A DNA stretch of 63,302 bases, the filler included, from Asterionella formosa (taxonomy: Eukaryota): assembly GCA_002256025.1 (NCBI GenBank). It is 21 parts of 21 records of this genome, joined end to end, with 100 filler letters (N's around TTAATTAATTAA, not from the genome) between each part and the next. Parts side by side here need not be neighbours in the genome. Positions count along the whole stretch, not along the records: positions 49,168 to 50,362 come from NKIB01003753.1; positions 50,463 to 51,656 come from NKIB01003754.1; positions 51,757 to 52,950 come from NKIB01003755.1; positions 53,051 to 54,244 come from NKIB01003756.1; positions 54,345 to 55,538 come from NKIB01003757.1; positions 55,639 to 56,832 come from NKIB01003758.1; positions 56,933 to 58,126 come from NKIB01003759.1; positions 58,227 to 59,420 come from NKIB01003760.1; 13 more parts are not named here. One strand, given 5' to 3'. Shown piece after piece: positions 49,168-62,108 of the stretch. The notes beneath the pieces were generated by a model. That model saw only the letters and a program-made list of their open reading frames with translations, was not told where the DNA came from and did not search any database. The first letter of the stretch is position 1, and each line of letters starts with the position of its first letter. A program made the translations under genes and the position numbers.

Positions 49168-50362
49168 CTTAATAAAGTCATCAATCGCAATATATATCCT
49201 TTGCCTCGAATACAAACTATTCTCACTAAACGTGCTGGATATGTATTTTTCACCAAATTGGATGTTTCCATGCAATACTATACTTTTGCATTGGATGTGG
49301 AGAGTCAAAACTTGTGTGTTATTTCAACTCCATTTGGTTTATATAAATATTTACGCCTGCCTATGGGGGTGAAACAATCATCTGACATTGCACAAGAAAC
49401 TATGGAACAGATCCTTAGTGATTTAGATGATGTGGAAATTTATATTGATGATGTGGGTTGTTTTTCAATGAATTTTTCAGATCACCTTCATTTATTGGAC
49501 ACTATTTTACATCGTTTACAGATAAATGGTTTTACAATTAATCCATCTAAGTGTGAATGGGCCGTCCAAGAGACAGATTGGTTAGGCTATTGGTTAACTC
49601 CTAATGGACTGAAACCTTGGTCTAAAAAAGTCCGAGCATTGATTAATATGTCTTCACCTACCAATCTTAAACAAGTTCGATCATTTCTCGGTGCTGTTAC
49701 TTACTATCGAGACATGTTTCCTAGACGATCGCATGTTCTTGGACCACTTACGGATTTAATTGGAACTAGTCCCTTTGTCTGGTTACCTATCCATCAACAA
49801 GCTTTTGAAGAAATGAAAGCATTGTTAGTTGCAGATACACTCATGCGTTATCCTGACCATAATCTTCCTTTTCATATCTTTACTGATGCCTCTGATTATC
49901 AATTAGGGTCGGTCATTATGCAAAATGATCTCCCAGTTGCTTATTATTCTCGCAAATTATCTGCTGCTCAAAAGAATTATACTACTATTGAAAAAGAATT
50001 ACTTTCTGTGGTCGAAACTTTCAAAGAATTTCGCTCTATGTTATTGGGCGCAGTTCTACATGTTCACACTGATCATCGAAATCTTATTTATAATACATTA
50101 CATACACAACGTGTTCTACGATGGCGACTTTACATTGAAGAATACCATCCTACTTTTCATTATGTGAAAGGGACTGACAATGCTATTGCAGATTCCATCT
50201 CTCGCCTCCCGAGGCTTGAGTCTTTGGTGGAGGATGATATTGATATTGGACCGAAATCTCCAACATCAACTTCCACTTCTACTTTTTCAATTGAATTAGA
50301 TGATGAACCTCTGCTTACATGTTTCCTTAATCATCCCATCTTGACAGACAATATTCAATATC
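49168..50362 (+). mobile_element. Ty3/gypsy pol fragment, near-identical variant of 47873-49067
   Basis: Same 1195 bp in reverse orientation with a few substitutions (YKYLR versus YKYFR). Confidence 0.95.
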
Positions 50363-52156
50363 NNNNNNNNNNNNNNNNNNNNNNNNNNNNNNNNNNNNNN
50401 NNNNNNTTAATTAATTAANNNNNNNNNNNNNNNNNNNNNNNNNNNNNNNNNNNNNNNNNNNNAAAGAAGCACAGGACTTGCAGATTTCTTGTGTACCTGG
50501 TAGACTCCCGGTGTGTAATACTGCAATTCTCAAGTCGGTGTTGTGTGTCTGCCTTGCCTCGTCGTCGGCAGGAAGTTTGAGCAACCTCAAAAAAGTTTCG
50601 CTTTTCTTTTATTGGGCGCGCTCTGAAATTAAAAAATTATCATATCATGTCAGTATTATAAAACAAATAATTTTGGCGATTTGATACATGATAACGTCGT
50701 CGAGCTCTGATAATCAAGATATTTTAGATTAGGTAGTCATCTGACACTTTACATAAATTTAACTTTAATTTATAACAGTTATAGTTTCATAGCAATGCAT
50801 CCTCTTGCGTGTTATGCAGCCTCTAGTTTCATTGTCCACATGAGTTCCATAATTTCACGAATGACAGTTGCTGACCCGCATGTCGGCTTACCTCTCATCT
50901 TCTGATGACAAGGATGATGCCATGAGTGAACTTAAAACATGAGACAGAGACATAGAAATTTCAGCTTTTCTCAAGAAACAAGCCTTTGATCATCAAGTCA
51001 GGCCAACAGAACTTTCTCAACGAGGTATTGCTCTCCAAGAGCGACTTTTCACTCCAAAATGAAGACAGTCAGAGGGACTTGCATCATTTGTTTGCCCATG
51101 CTATGGACTGAGCCTAACCTCTTACCGCTTTTCAACGACAAGTTCTTATCAAAGCTTGTCCTGTGCAGCAGAAATTCAAACATGATCAGAATTTTTGCTT
51201 TGGTATGTCCCTACTTGGAATGTTTAGAAGAAGCCCTTTACTCAATGGATGCAAATTAATTTAGCTAGTCCATTGGTTTCTATGGTAAGATATGTTTTGT
51301 TATTATTATTAACAGCTGAAATACTGAGACCCCTTTGCATTGTCATTGTTTACGTAGTGCAAAGTAATGGCAACCAATCCATCACTTCCACCATGTTGGC
51401 TGCACTGAATGATAGACTATAACAGCTAAAATGTAAAGAGTTGCAATAACTGCAAGTGATAGTCAATAAGAGGCAGATGCCTTAGTTATTGGAATGCTTC
51501 TAGTACATTGATAGCGCATCTTTGCACCACTCTTCATTCCACAGAGTTTGTGTGATTGATTGTTGAATCTGATGGCATTCTTTCTCGTCCCCATTGATTG
51601 TCCATGTGAAAATTCCACCAAAACATTCAGTTGCACTTCTACAATGAAGGTTAGTANNNNNNNNNNNNNNNNNNNNNNNNNNNNNNNNNNNNNNNNNNNN
51701 TTAATTAATTAANNNNNNNNNNNNNNNNNNNNNNNNNNNNNNNNNNNNNNNNNNNNTTGAAATGAGAGGCAGATTCATACTGTTCTCAGTGGCGGGAAGT
51801 TCGCAGATTCGAGTACGTTTGTGTTCTATATCCGGGGTGAAACCGGGTACTGGTATACTATTATGCTATTATGCATGTACAATACCAGTCACCTGGTACT
51901 CCTGGTGTACCAGGTACCGGATATACCGGTACATCGGTTCAAGTACATCGTCCAATTGTTGACGGTTCTTTCAAGTGCTGACATATCATTGGATTTAGTG
52001 CTGTCAGTCAGTATTTGTATCTACTGGTACCAGGGTGGTACATGCAAAAAATTCAACCCCCAGTGCAACCTTTTAAGACCGTAGTGAAAGCTAGTGTACT
52101 AGCAGTCAACTAGCACTGTGTACAAAGGTAAACTACAAAAAACCCTGGTACCGGTA

Positions 52157-52950
52157 TCAAAAGGCATGACCAAATTCATGAAACAACGTTTCGACTTCAA
52201 TATGGCTCAACAGTGCAGCATAACCAGTTTGAGGCGCTTGCAAGTTGCAAACAAGTGCCACAACTGGAAGTTGATATTCTTTGGAATTCAAGCCTAATGA
52301 ACAACCACATCGAATCGCAAAATGTGCTGCGTGACTATACTTTCCAGGCCTTGGATGAAGATCCAAATACACGGAACCCAAGGGTTTCTCAGTCTCATCA
52401 CAAAAGACAAACTTCCTGGCCTTGGCTTCAGCGGAAACCAAATGATCCCATCGTTCCATCTCGTTCATTTCTTCTTCTCTCATATTAATACCAAAGAGTT
52501 TCAGAACCAAAATCTTCATCCCATCAATACATTGAGGTAAAGTCAGGTGCTCAGCAACAAAACTAGGATCCAGTCCACGGCTTGCCTTGATCATAGTGGT
52601 ATAAAACGAAATATCCCATGGTTCCAAGGGATCATTTGTGTTCTCTATCTTACGCTTGGCATCGGCCAAAAGAGCCATATCCTGCTGGTACAATCCCGAG
52701 ATTCGATGTTCTAAGTGAGTGAGAAAGGTTTCGACGTTCTTCGGTGTTTGCGCCATCCTATCACGCAAAGATCGATCAGCGTAGGATTCAAATACTTGTT
52801 TCACAGATACCTCATGTCGTACCTTCCGCAACGACTCCAAAACCTGCAAATTCTCTGGACAAGAGGTGGACGTTTCCATATAAATGTGTTTTCTTAGTGT
52901 TTGATTGGGAGAATAGCGCAAAAGGGCATTGGAAATGGACGCATCTGTAC
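52157..52950 (-). pseudogene. MIPEP: Mitochondrial intermediate peptidase (M3A) fragment that stops right after HEXXH
   Basis: LEPWDISFY, YLDLHPRPGKYSHAAHFAIRCG, YQLPVVALVCN and ETLFHEFGHAF followed by a stop. Confidence 0.75.
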
Positions 52951-53659
52951 NNNNNNNNNNNNNNNNNNNNNNNNNNNNNNNNNNNNNNNNNNNNTTAATT
53001 AATTAANNNNNNNNNNNNNNNNNNNNNNNNNNNNNNNNNNNNNNNNNNNNTTCGGATTGCGGCCTCTTCGCATTATTTATTTTACAAAAGGATGCAGTGA
53101 CAGTTATGGAAATGGTATTCATCAGGTGGAGCGATGATAGGACGAGTATTATTGACATGCCACCGATCATGGTGCTATTATTTCATGCATTTACAGTAAG
53201 CAATGGTGGAAGGTGATGAACAATAGAAATAACGCCCTCGAGTAGTCACAGAGGAGGAATGATTTGTGATATGTACCGGTACCGGTTGAATCATAACAAG
53301 TAATACTTCTTACCACAAGTAACATAGATCCGCCAAGGAATATATGATATTCAAATACCTGATATCAAAAATATATTTGATATACCAACATTTTTGATTT
53401 ATTAGAAAATTATAAAAGGTCAATGCACCACTACTGGAGTACTCGGAGTAAATTCCTAGACAGTTAATAGTTATTGATGTCTATATACATATTCATCTAC
53501 CTAATATGCATGATATATGTATAGCACGTAAGCCCGGTAATGGCTAAAAAAATACAGAATTCATTTTCGAACACGATGAGATACCGCCCGGTACAAGGGG
53601 CCACCAGTACCGCTACTCTGTTCGATAACCGCTACGCACCTCACAATTCTTTCAATTTC

Positions 53660-53700
53660 AAACTGAAACTGACACTGACACGGAAACTGAAACTGAAACT
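53660..53700 (-). repeat. Hexamer tandem repeat (CAGTTT/CAGTGT), 7 units
   Basis: aaactg aaactg acactg acacgg aaactg aaactg aaact. Confidence 0.85.
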
Positions 53701-55694
53701 TTCCAGGGTTTATATGTTTCTCTAAGATTGGCAGGCCCACCCAGTAGGGGTGAGGTCGGGGGTTCGATACTGTCGAATGCCCTGAACTGTATCAGGACTC
53801 ATAGGTAGGGATTAGGGCTGCAAAGGCACGATTTCCTTCTCTGCACCAAGCACGGGAGATAGGGACATCACCTGATGACAACCAGGTAGAATAGGGACCG
53901 TCAGTAGAAACGGTGTACTCCTTTGAGCGGTACAAGAAGCAAAAGCTCCTGCTAGCAAGTGAAGATACGGGAAGCGAGCAAAACTTCCCCCCCCTACTTA
54001 GGATTGCTCATGTTAAAATTTCTTTTGTTACGTGATACTGGTACTGTATATGCTATTGTAATTCTTCTTTTGGTCATTCTACTTTTTTAAATTCTTTTTT
54101 ATTGCTTCCACGGATTTACGATCGTTCAACAACAATGGACACAACACAATCTTTGATTGCGATGGCGAAGATTGCGATGACGATTTCGTTTGCTGACATA
54201 CACAGCAAGGCAAATGGCTCAAGCACAACGATAATGATAAAGTGNNNNNNNNNNNNNNNNNNNNNNNNNNNNNNNNNNNNNNNNNNNNTTAATTAATTAA
54301 NNNNNNNNNNNNNNNNNNNNNNNNNNNNNNNNNNNNNNNNNNNNATCTTCGTTTTATTATTAAGTCTCTAATACTATGAGATCAATTTTTCTTGCTTCTT
54401 TTCCAAGATTTTGTGAATTCGAAGTTTTGCCATTATTTGAAGGGCTTCCAATATAGGTCTGCCATCACCACTAGAGTAAATACTTTCATAGCCTGCACCA
54501 CAGAGGATGCTTCGCACACTGCCTCAGCACTGTCATCATAACATAGATCGGTCATGTAAAGCTTCGCTATGGTGCAATGTGCACAGCAAAGTTGCATCGA
54601 ATTCTTTGATGGATATGTCTGTTTTATTTGCCACCTCGACTTTGGCCACAGCCATGCCCTCGCTGATTAGCATACAAGCCTCCGGAAGCTCCTAACTCCG
54701 CCGTTATTTACATGTCTGGAGAGCGTCATCATTGGATCATCGGCACCAATAACAAAATAAGTCGAATGATGAGTCCTTGCAGCCAATCAAAGTGTGCAAC
54801 AGCAGTAGGTTGTAAAAATGAAGCGCAGCAGGAGTGATTATACCACCACATCGCTATAATTTTGCTGAATCTGATGCACATGTTTGGGGAGACATGAAGA
54901 AGATGGCTAACAGTTTTGCCATTACTGACAAGTGATAATTGTGAGATGCATCTCTGTAAGGATTCGATACATTTATGTTTTTATAAGATGCAAAAAAATC
55001 AATTTGTATCTCTGTCAAGATCGCCCGGAAAGCATGTACACCATCAGTACATGTATAGTTCCAACATACTCAGTGAATAACCTGGCTTGATCCACATCCT
55101 TTCAAGAAACCCTCTGTAGAAGCAATATGTATTTTGTATGCAAGAGAATGCAGGCGATGTGTACATTGGTTAGATTAGTATAATTAGGTGAGTATAATGC
55201 TAAAAGCAATAGCACATGTGGATCAATAAGGGCTATCGATTTTTGTTGGCCAGCATACTGAGCAATCTGCATCAGTGTATGATATTCATATTGGCTATTA
55301 TTCCCAATGAGATATGGCTAAATAAATTAACTACTGGGAGCATGCGTTTCTGAACAACAAATAGTTTGTTCTACACACGTCTGATAATATAGCTTTTTAA
55401 AGTTTTGTGCACACCCGGATTTATGGCGAGCTGGCCATCCATGCCAACGGTCTCATCAGCCTCCCTTTTGAGGTCATGAAGCAAGCAATCGACAATGCAT
55501 TGTCGCTGTTCTGGCGTCAAATCCTTCGTGTTATGTCTNNNNNNNNNNNNNNNNNNNNNNNNNNNNNNNNNNNNNNNNNNNNTTAATTAATTAANNNNNN
55601 NNNNNNNNNNNNNNNNNNNNNNNNNNNNNNNNNNNNNNTCATACCCTTAAATTATGTACGTAGCTAAATTCGTCATATTGGGCCACCCAAATAA

Positions 55695-56832
55695 TTAATT
55701 TGGGTGATCATATTTGACTAGCGTTTTTTTTGTGGCGGCTGTACCAGTAATCGGCGTTGTAGATGTATTAGTTACCATGGATCCACCATTTGTGGCCAGG
55801 TGCATGCTTCCGTTGGTTGACATTCGAATGTTATTAACCAGTTTTGGATTGCAAAAGACTGTGACACTTGATTGATTATCCAATAGTATCCAGTCGCGCA
55901 TCTCAGATGCTTGGTAAAATTGTAGTTTCATATGAGCTCCCGTCCATCCAAATTGATTGGCATTTGCTTGTTGTGAAGCTTGTGATGACGGCGGGTTGTT
56001 GGAATTAACAGAGGTAACTGTACTTGTGTCGGATGTATTAGCCTGTGCCTGTGCATGGCTTTGGGCCTTGTTGATAGCCCATTCCTCTTTGGGTTTGTTC
56101 TTGTCTCGGCACGAAGGAGATTTGTGACCTGCTTTTCCGCAGCAGTAACATTTTCCTTCTAACTGTGCAAACGATAAGTTCACATCTTCGTCTTCCTTGC
56201 CTGCATCCTTCTGTTTCCTCTCTTTATCATTATCTCCTGTTTTCTTGTAGACAGATTTATTTGTTACGTCAAACCGATGGTTGCTGAGAACATTATTTGA
56301 TTCGGTGATGGTCTTTGGGTATTGATCATTGCCGAGTGATTGTTGAGTGTTCAGCCCGGTCATAATTGAACCGTATTTAGCTTTATCGGCATTATCGAGA
56401 TATAAATATGCCATAAATTGACTGAAAGCTTGTTCGCGAAATTTATCTCGTTGTTTGATGTCATTCTCATTGTATCCATCCATGGCTTCAACGAACTTGG
56501 TGAGGATAATGGGTCCTCCCATGTGTGACTTGAGCACATCTCGTGCCACACGAAATCTCTTGGTGTAGTCTTGTAGACTTTCTCCTTCCTTTTGCTTCGT
56601 GAACAAAAGCGTTCTCATCGCATCTAAAATGATCGACATTGAATATCGATTCTCTTGAAAGTTTAATGCGTGTTCTTTAATTGCCATAAGCAATGTTATT
56701 GGGTTATTTTCGATCCTATTGTAATCGGATCTCGCTTCAATCTTGTTCTTCATGGCTTTGTTGCATCTTTCCCAGAGCAACGCATATGCCTTGGTATTAT
56801 TATTTTCGTAGGCCTGTACCCTTTTACTGTAG
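55695..56832 (-). mobile_element. Ty1/copia (CoDi-like) gag-protease fragment
   Basis: QKEGESLQDYTKRF, DQYPKT, zinc knuckle CYCCGKAGHKSPSC and protease WILLDNQS. Pol homology ends near 55770. Confidence 0.9.
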
Positions 56833-56932
56833 NNNNNNNNNNNNNNNNNNNNNNNNNNNNNNNNNNNNNNNNNNNNTTAATTAATTAANNNNNNNNNNNN
56901 NNNNNNNNNNNNNNNNNNNNNNNNNNNNNNNN

Positions 56933-58126
56933 GTGAAGTTTTCACAATGAATTTTGAACGCGAGACTGAATTAGTTGATGTTTCAAATAATTCATTTGAC
57001 TTTTCGAAATTTCGTCTACGTACGAGTGTTAATTATGTGGTACTTCACATGCATTAATGGCACTCTTCACGTAAAAAAGGTTACTTTTAACGGTTTCATG
57101 TGAAGTTTTAACGGTTTCATGTGAAGTTTCAACGGTTTCATGTGAAGTTTTAACTGTTTCATGTGAAGTTTTCACAATGAATTTTGAACGCGAGACTGAT
57201 TTAGTTGATGTTTCAAATAATTCATTTGAAAGTTCAATTGATTTCGTTCAAACAGTTTGTTTTGATGCCGATGACTATGATAATGGTTTATTCCTTGATA
57301 GTTTAGTAGATCATGATGCTGCTGCTATTAATGGTCCAATCATTCAGAACGGAGAAATAAACGACATTATAAACCCTACCAACTTCCGATTTTGCGCACA
57401 AAGTATATCCGTTTCGTCCACTTCAGCATGACAATCTCGCCAATCAACCCGTAAACAAACACATTCTACTTGTTCTCGTTGACATTTTCAATTCTCACAT
57501 GATACTGTTGAAAAAATTCGAGCTGACTGCCACAGGACAGGAGTGAAGGGTATAGTGGACACGAGAGAGTACAGTACTACAGTTAAAACCGTACAGCCGC
57601 TACCAAGAGTTACCTGGGCTGACGTGGTAAAAGGCACAACGCAAGGAAAAGCAATCAGAGGTCAAGAAAAAATGTTAAAATGCAGTGTGAGTAATAAGAG
57701 TGTTTCGAGACCATTATCTCGAAACAATCCAGTTAGTAAAGTGAAAGTTTAAGTTTGACAACTTCCTCGTTGCTATCAATTTCATCAACTGTATTCGATT
57801 AACACAGTACTAGTTTCAAGGCCTACGATACGGTCGAATACGGTAGTTGTTACAACAGATACTACATCTACTATTGAGATTCAGCATAGAAGGAGATACG
57901 AAAATGTGCGTAACAGACTACTGTCCACATAGCTATAGTTATAGAATGATTCTGATTAGAACGCATTTCATTTTCATATCGCTCGCTCGTTTCTGCATTT
58001 GGCATACTGTACTTTAATTAACTATTGAACTTGTCCGCATCTTTGATACCATCAAGAGAGCGAAAGCAAGTGGCTCTTTTCACTGTTGTTTGCTCGTAGG
58101 AAGAATTTGATATCTGTATCGTCATT
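56933..58126 (+). repeat. Multi-copy 1194-bp repeat, copy 1; possibly includes an LTR starting near 57544
   Basis: Near-identical to the reverse complements of 60815-62008 and 62109-63302. It contains a ~21-bp tandem (aacggtttcatgtgaagttt) at 57089-57172 and a ~66-bp internal duplication. Confidence 0.9.
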
Positions 58127-58431
58127 NNNNNNNNNNNNNNNNNNNNNNNNNNNNNNNNNNNNNNNNNNNNTTAATTAATTAANNNNNNNNNNNNNNNNNN
58201 NNNNNNNNNNNNNNNNNNNNNNNNNNATCATAGTTTTAGGATTGTATGATCGTGAAACTGAAAAGCGGTACCGGTAGTCGGAGTAATAAGCAAGCAATAG
58301 AACACCATAGTAAGTCATCATAGTTTTAGGATTGTATAAATAGAACACCATATACATATGTCTATGACTGCTGCTACTACAGCGGGACAGTACCGGTAAA
58401 TGAATTTAAGATCATCGAACTTTAAGGAAGA

Positions 58432-58779
58432 CAACGACAACAGCTGGTCGTGTTGCTGGTCCACTTTTAATGGCCAAAGAAGGAAGCGACGAAAAGATCA
58501 CCATTACGAGCGGAACGAGAGAAATCGCTTACGACGCCAAGTCAAGACGATTCTTTGAGACTAACTTGCAGGAAGAAGAATGCATTCCTGACGAGGAATA
58601 CTGTGTCGTCGATCCGGAAAGTGGGGAACTCATTCGTCTCACAGTAGCCGAAAAGGAGCGTATCTTTCTGGACGCGCTTCAGTCCTACTATGCCACTGGA
58701 AGGCAAGCTCAAGGATGACGAGTTTGACCTATTGAAGGAAGATTTGCAATGGAACGGATCTGACATGGTTGTCATGAAT
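58432..58779 (+). pseudogene. PGRL1: PGR5-like 1 (PGRL1) gene fragment, frameshifted and truncated at both ends
   Basis: LTVAEKERIFLDALQSYY..GRQ, then a frameshift near 58706, then KDDEFDLLKEDLQWNGSDMVVMN. Homology stops there. Confidence 0.8.
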
Positions 58780-59520
58780 GTTTCTTCCTGTTTGTGATCA
58801 ATATCCCATCGATCCATTCGTTCTTGCAAATGTTTTACTCGATGCCACCAGTCGAAACGATTGAGGTAATAAGTAGATATTGGCAGGACGTGCAGACGTT
58901 GGATATATATAGAAATAACAGCCTCTGCAAATGCATTGTTTCATAGATACGAAATTAGTTATCATTTACTAACAGCTAGGTAAATGTGTTACGGTTAGAT
59001 CTCTTCCATTTCTCCTTCAAACTGCATCATATTTCTCCGAACACTACTACCCGTAGTAAGGTAATGTTCATAAGGTAGATGAACATTTTCTTCTCTTGCA
59101 GCAGCATATCTTCTGTTCAGCTCCTCAGTATGGCAAGCTCGTTCCCTTATATTGTAAGCAGAGAAATTGCCCGATGTCTCAGCATAGCACTCAATGAAAT
59201 ATTTCTTGAATCTTTTTTTATCGAGTCGCCTATACTCAGGAATGTCACTGTCATGGAGATCCTCCATAGTCATCTGGTAGAATGCTTTATAATTTGTTGT
59301 TTGCCTTTAACATCTCTTGGTGTTCTTTGGGAACTGTCAGGTAATGACGTTCCATACGTTTTGTCATGGCTTCCTTGCTTTTATGAATTTAACTGGCGTG
59401 ATAATTAGCCAGGCTGACGANNNNNNNNNNNNNNNNNNNNNNNNNNNNNNNNNNNNNNNNNNNNTTAATTAATTAANNNNNNNNNNNNNNNNNNNNNNNN
59501 NNNNNNNNNNNNNNNNNNNN

Positions 59521-59702
59521 ATTGATGTCTTTAAGTATCATAGGACGTAGGTCTTTTGTGGTAATAGTATGATTCCCGAAGGTAACCGAAGGTAAGTATA
59601 GTTCTATTGTAAACCTATTGATGTTTTTAAGTATCATAGGACGTAGGTCCTTTGTGGTAATAGTATGATTCCCGAAGGTAAGTATAACTCTATTGTAAAC
59701 CT
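59521..59702 (+). repeat. ~90-bp tandem duplication
   Basis: 59521-59616 and 59617-59702: attgatgt.tttaagtatcataggacgtagg...ctattgtaaacct. Confidence 0.9.
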
Positions 59703-60219
59703 ACCTCGAGCTAGGGGTTCAAAGGCAGGAACCTTAACAGATAGAGGTAGACTATCTTGCCTACATGAAACGGTACCTGGTACCAGTACCTAGCACCGTA
59801 TTATGTCGCCATATGCATACGACCATGTTTAAGTAAGTTGTTTGGTTTGGAGGTAAGGGTGGTGATCTATGTGAAGGTTTATGATGATACCCCAGAGTAT
59901 TAAAAAAATTTAGTTAACCGGTAGTAAGTATATGATGTGATTTTACCTTGCATACTGAATACGTATGTATACTGACGACCCTGGGAGTACGATGGTATGG
60001 ACACAATTTGAACTAAAGTTACCTACCGGTAACTACGCCATACTGCCACATCAAGAACATAACGGAAGGCCATTGCTAATGATTGACTAGACAATTACAG
60101 ATACACTATTTCGTAATCAAAATATAACAGTTTCATAATTACATAATAAAAACTAATTGATCTTCCTAAATATTACCATAATGACCATCTCCCATGTTGG
60201 GTCAATATGCGAAGTGCTC

Positions 60220-60714
60220 CTATACCTGTTTCTTGCATTTCGGCAAAGCAGACTCAATTGCGACTTTTCCAACAGCATTGGCATTCATCAACTGATTGTT
60301 GTCATTATTGTAAGCCAAGTTCCGCAATGCTAATGTAACATAGTGTTCCACATTACTTATCTTTGGATGAGTCTCCTTAGCAGACTGAATTGTAGCGATA
60401 CCTCCTGCTTCAATAATCAAAACCTTGTTGTCGTCATTATACTCAGCCAAGGTCCAAAGTGCTGCACAACCATAGAGTTGCACATTAGCATTGTCTAAAT
60501 GATACTTCATTGCAGACAGAATCGTAGTGATACCTCCTTTTTCAGCAATCATCACTTTGTTGTTGCCATTAAAAGCCAAGTTCATAAGTGCTGCACAACC
60601 ATTCTCTTGCACATTAGCATTGTCTAAATGATACTTCATCGCAGACAGAATCGTAGTGATACCTCCTGCTTCAGCAATCATCACCTTGTTTTCGTCATTA
60701 TTGTCAGCCAAAGA
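60220..60714 (-). CDS. Armadillo-repeat protein, 3' part
   Basis: ~42-aa repeats NKVMIAEAGGITTILSAMKYHLDNANVQENGCAALMNLA, near-identical at DNA level. Confidence 0.85.
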   Translation of the reverse strand, partial: SLADNNDENKVMIAEAGGITTILSAMKYHLDNANVQENGCAALMNLAFNGNNKVMIAEKGGITTILSAMKYHLDNANVQLYGCAALWTLAEYNDDNKVLIIEAGGIATIQSAKETHPKISNVEHYVTLALRNLAYNNDNNQLMNANAVGKVAIESALPKCKKQV

Positions 60715-60814
60715 NNNNNNNNNNNNNNNNNNNNNNNNNNNNNNNNNNNNNNNNNNNNTTAATTAATTAANNNNNNNNNNNNNNNNNNNNNNNNNNNNNN
60801 NNNNNNNNNNNNNN

Positions 60815-62008
60815 AATGACGATACAGATATCAAATTCTTCCTACGAGCAAACAACAGTGAAAAGAGCCACTTGCTTTCGCTCTCTTGATGGTATCAAAG
60901 ATGCGGACAAGTTCAATAGTTAATTAAAGTACAGTATGCCAAATGCAGAAACGAGCGAGCGATATGAAAATGAAATGCGTTCTAATCAGAATCATTCTAT
61001 AACTATAGCTATGTGGACAGTAGTCTGTTACGCACATTTTCGTATCTCCTTCTATGCTGAATCTCAATAGTAGATGTAGTATCTGTTGTAACAACTACCG
61101 TATTCGACCGTATCGTAGGCCTTGAAACTAGTACTGTGTTAATCGAATACAGTTGATGAAATTGATAGCAACGAGGAAGTTGTCAAACTTAAACTTTCAC
61201 TTTACTAACTGGATTGTTTCGAGATAATGGTCTCGAAACACTCTTATTACTCACACTGCATTTTAACATTTTTTCTTGACCTCTGATTGCTTTTCCTTGC
61301 GTTGTGCCTTTTACCACGTCAGCCCAGGTAACTCTTGGTAGCGGCTGTACGGTTTTAACTGTAGTACTGTACTCTCTCGTGTCCACTATACCCTTCACTC
61401 CTGTCCTGTGGCAGTCAGCTCGAATTTTTTCAACAGTATCATGTGAGAATTGAAAATGTCAACGAGAACAAGTAGAATGTGTTTGTTTACGGGTTGATTG
61501 GCGAGATTGTCATGCTGAAGTGGACGAAACGGATATACTTTGTGCGCAAAATCGGAAGTTGGTAGGGTTTATAATGTCGTTTATTTCTCCGTTCTGAATG
61601 ATTGGACCATTAATAGCAGCAGCATCATGATCTACTAAACTATCAAGGAATAAACCATTATCATAGTCATCGGCATCAAAACAAACTGTTTGAACGAAAT
61701 CAATTGAACTTTCAAATTAATTATTTGAAACATCAACTAATTCAGTCTCGCGTTCAAAATTCATTGTGAAAACTTCACATGAAACAGTTAAAACTTCACA
61801 TGAAACCGTTGAAACTTCACATGAAACCGTTAAAACTTCACATGAAACCGTTAAAAGTAACCTTTTTTACGTGAAGAGTGCCATTAATGCATGTGAAGTA
61901 CCACATAATTAACACTCGTACGTAGACGAAATTTCGAAAAGTCAAATGAATTATTTGAAACATCAACTAATTCAGTCTCGCGTTCAAAATTCATTGTGAA
62001 AACTTCAC
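60815..62008 (-). repeat. Multi-copy 1194-bp repeat, copy 2
   Basis: Reverse complement of 56933-58126 with a few substitutions. Confidence 0.92.
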
Positions 62009-62108
62009 NNNNNNNNNNNNNNNNNNNNNNNNNNNNNNNNNNNNNNNNNNNNTTAATTAATTAANNNNNNNNNNNNNNNNNNNNNNNNNNNNNNNNNNNN
62101 NNNNNNNN

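Noticed and set aside
47873..50362. Apparent 2.5-kb palindrome of gypsy pol
   Set aside because: These are two separate contigs with identical boundaries placed in opposite orientation around a linker (assembly bubble or paralogues).
50463..51656. Possible highly decayed transposase (also 44400-45220, 46200-46630, 54345-55538, 58995-59400)
   Set aside because: Only short broken frames with no diagnostic motif I can support.
53745..53775. GGTTCGAT B-box-like motif suggesting a tRNA
   Set aside because: No cloverleaf or acceptor stem could be built.
57543..57752. 69-aa ORF conserved in three copies
   Set aside because: It starts at GTG, has no domain, and its conservation is explained by near-identity of the repeat.
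1197..62108. Regularly spaced TTAATTAATTAA motifs resembling a repeat or CRISPR-like array
   Set aside because: They are artificial N-padded linkers. The ~1.3-kb spacing reflects size-sorted contigs, and adjacency across them has no biological meaning.
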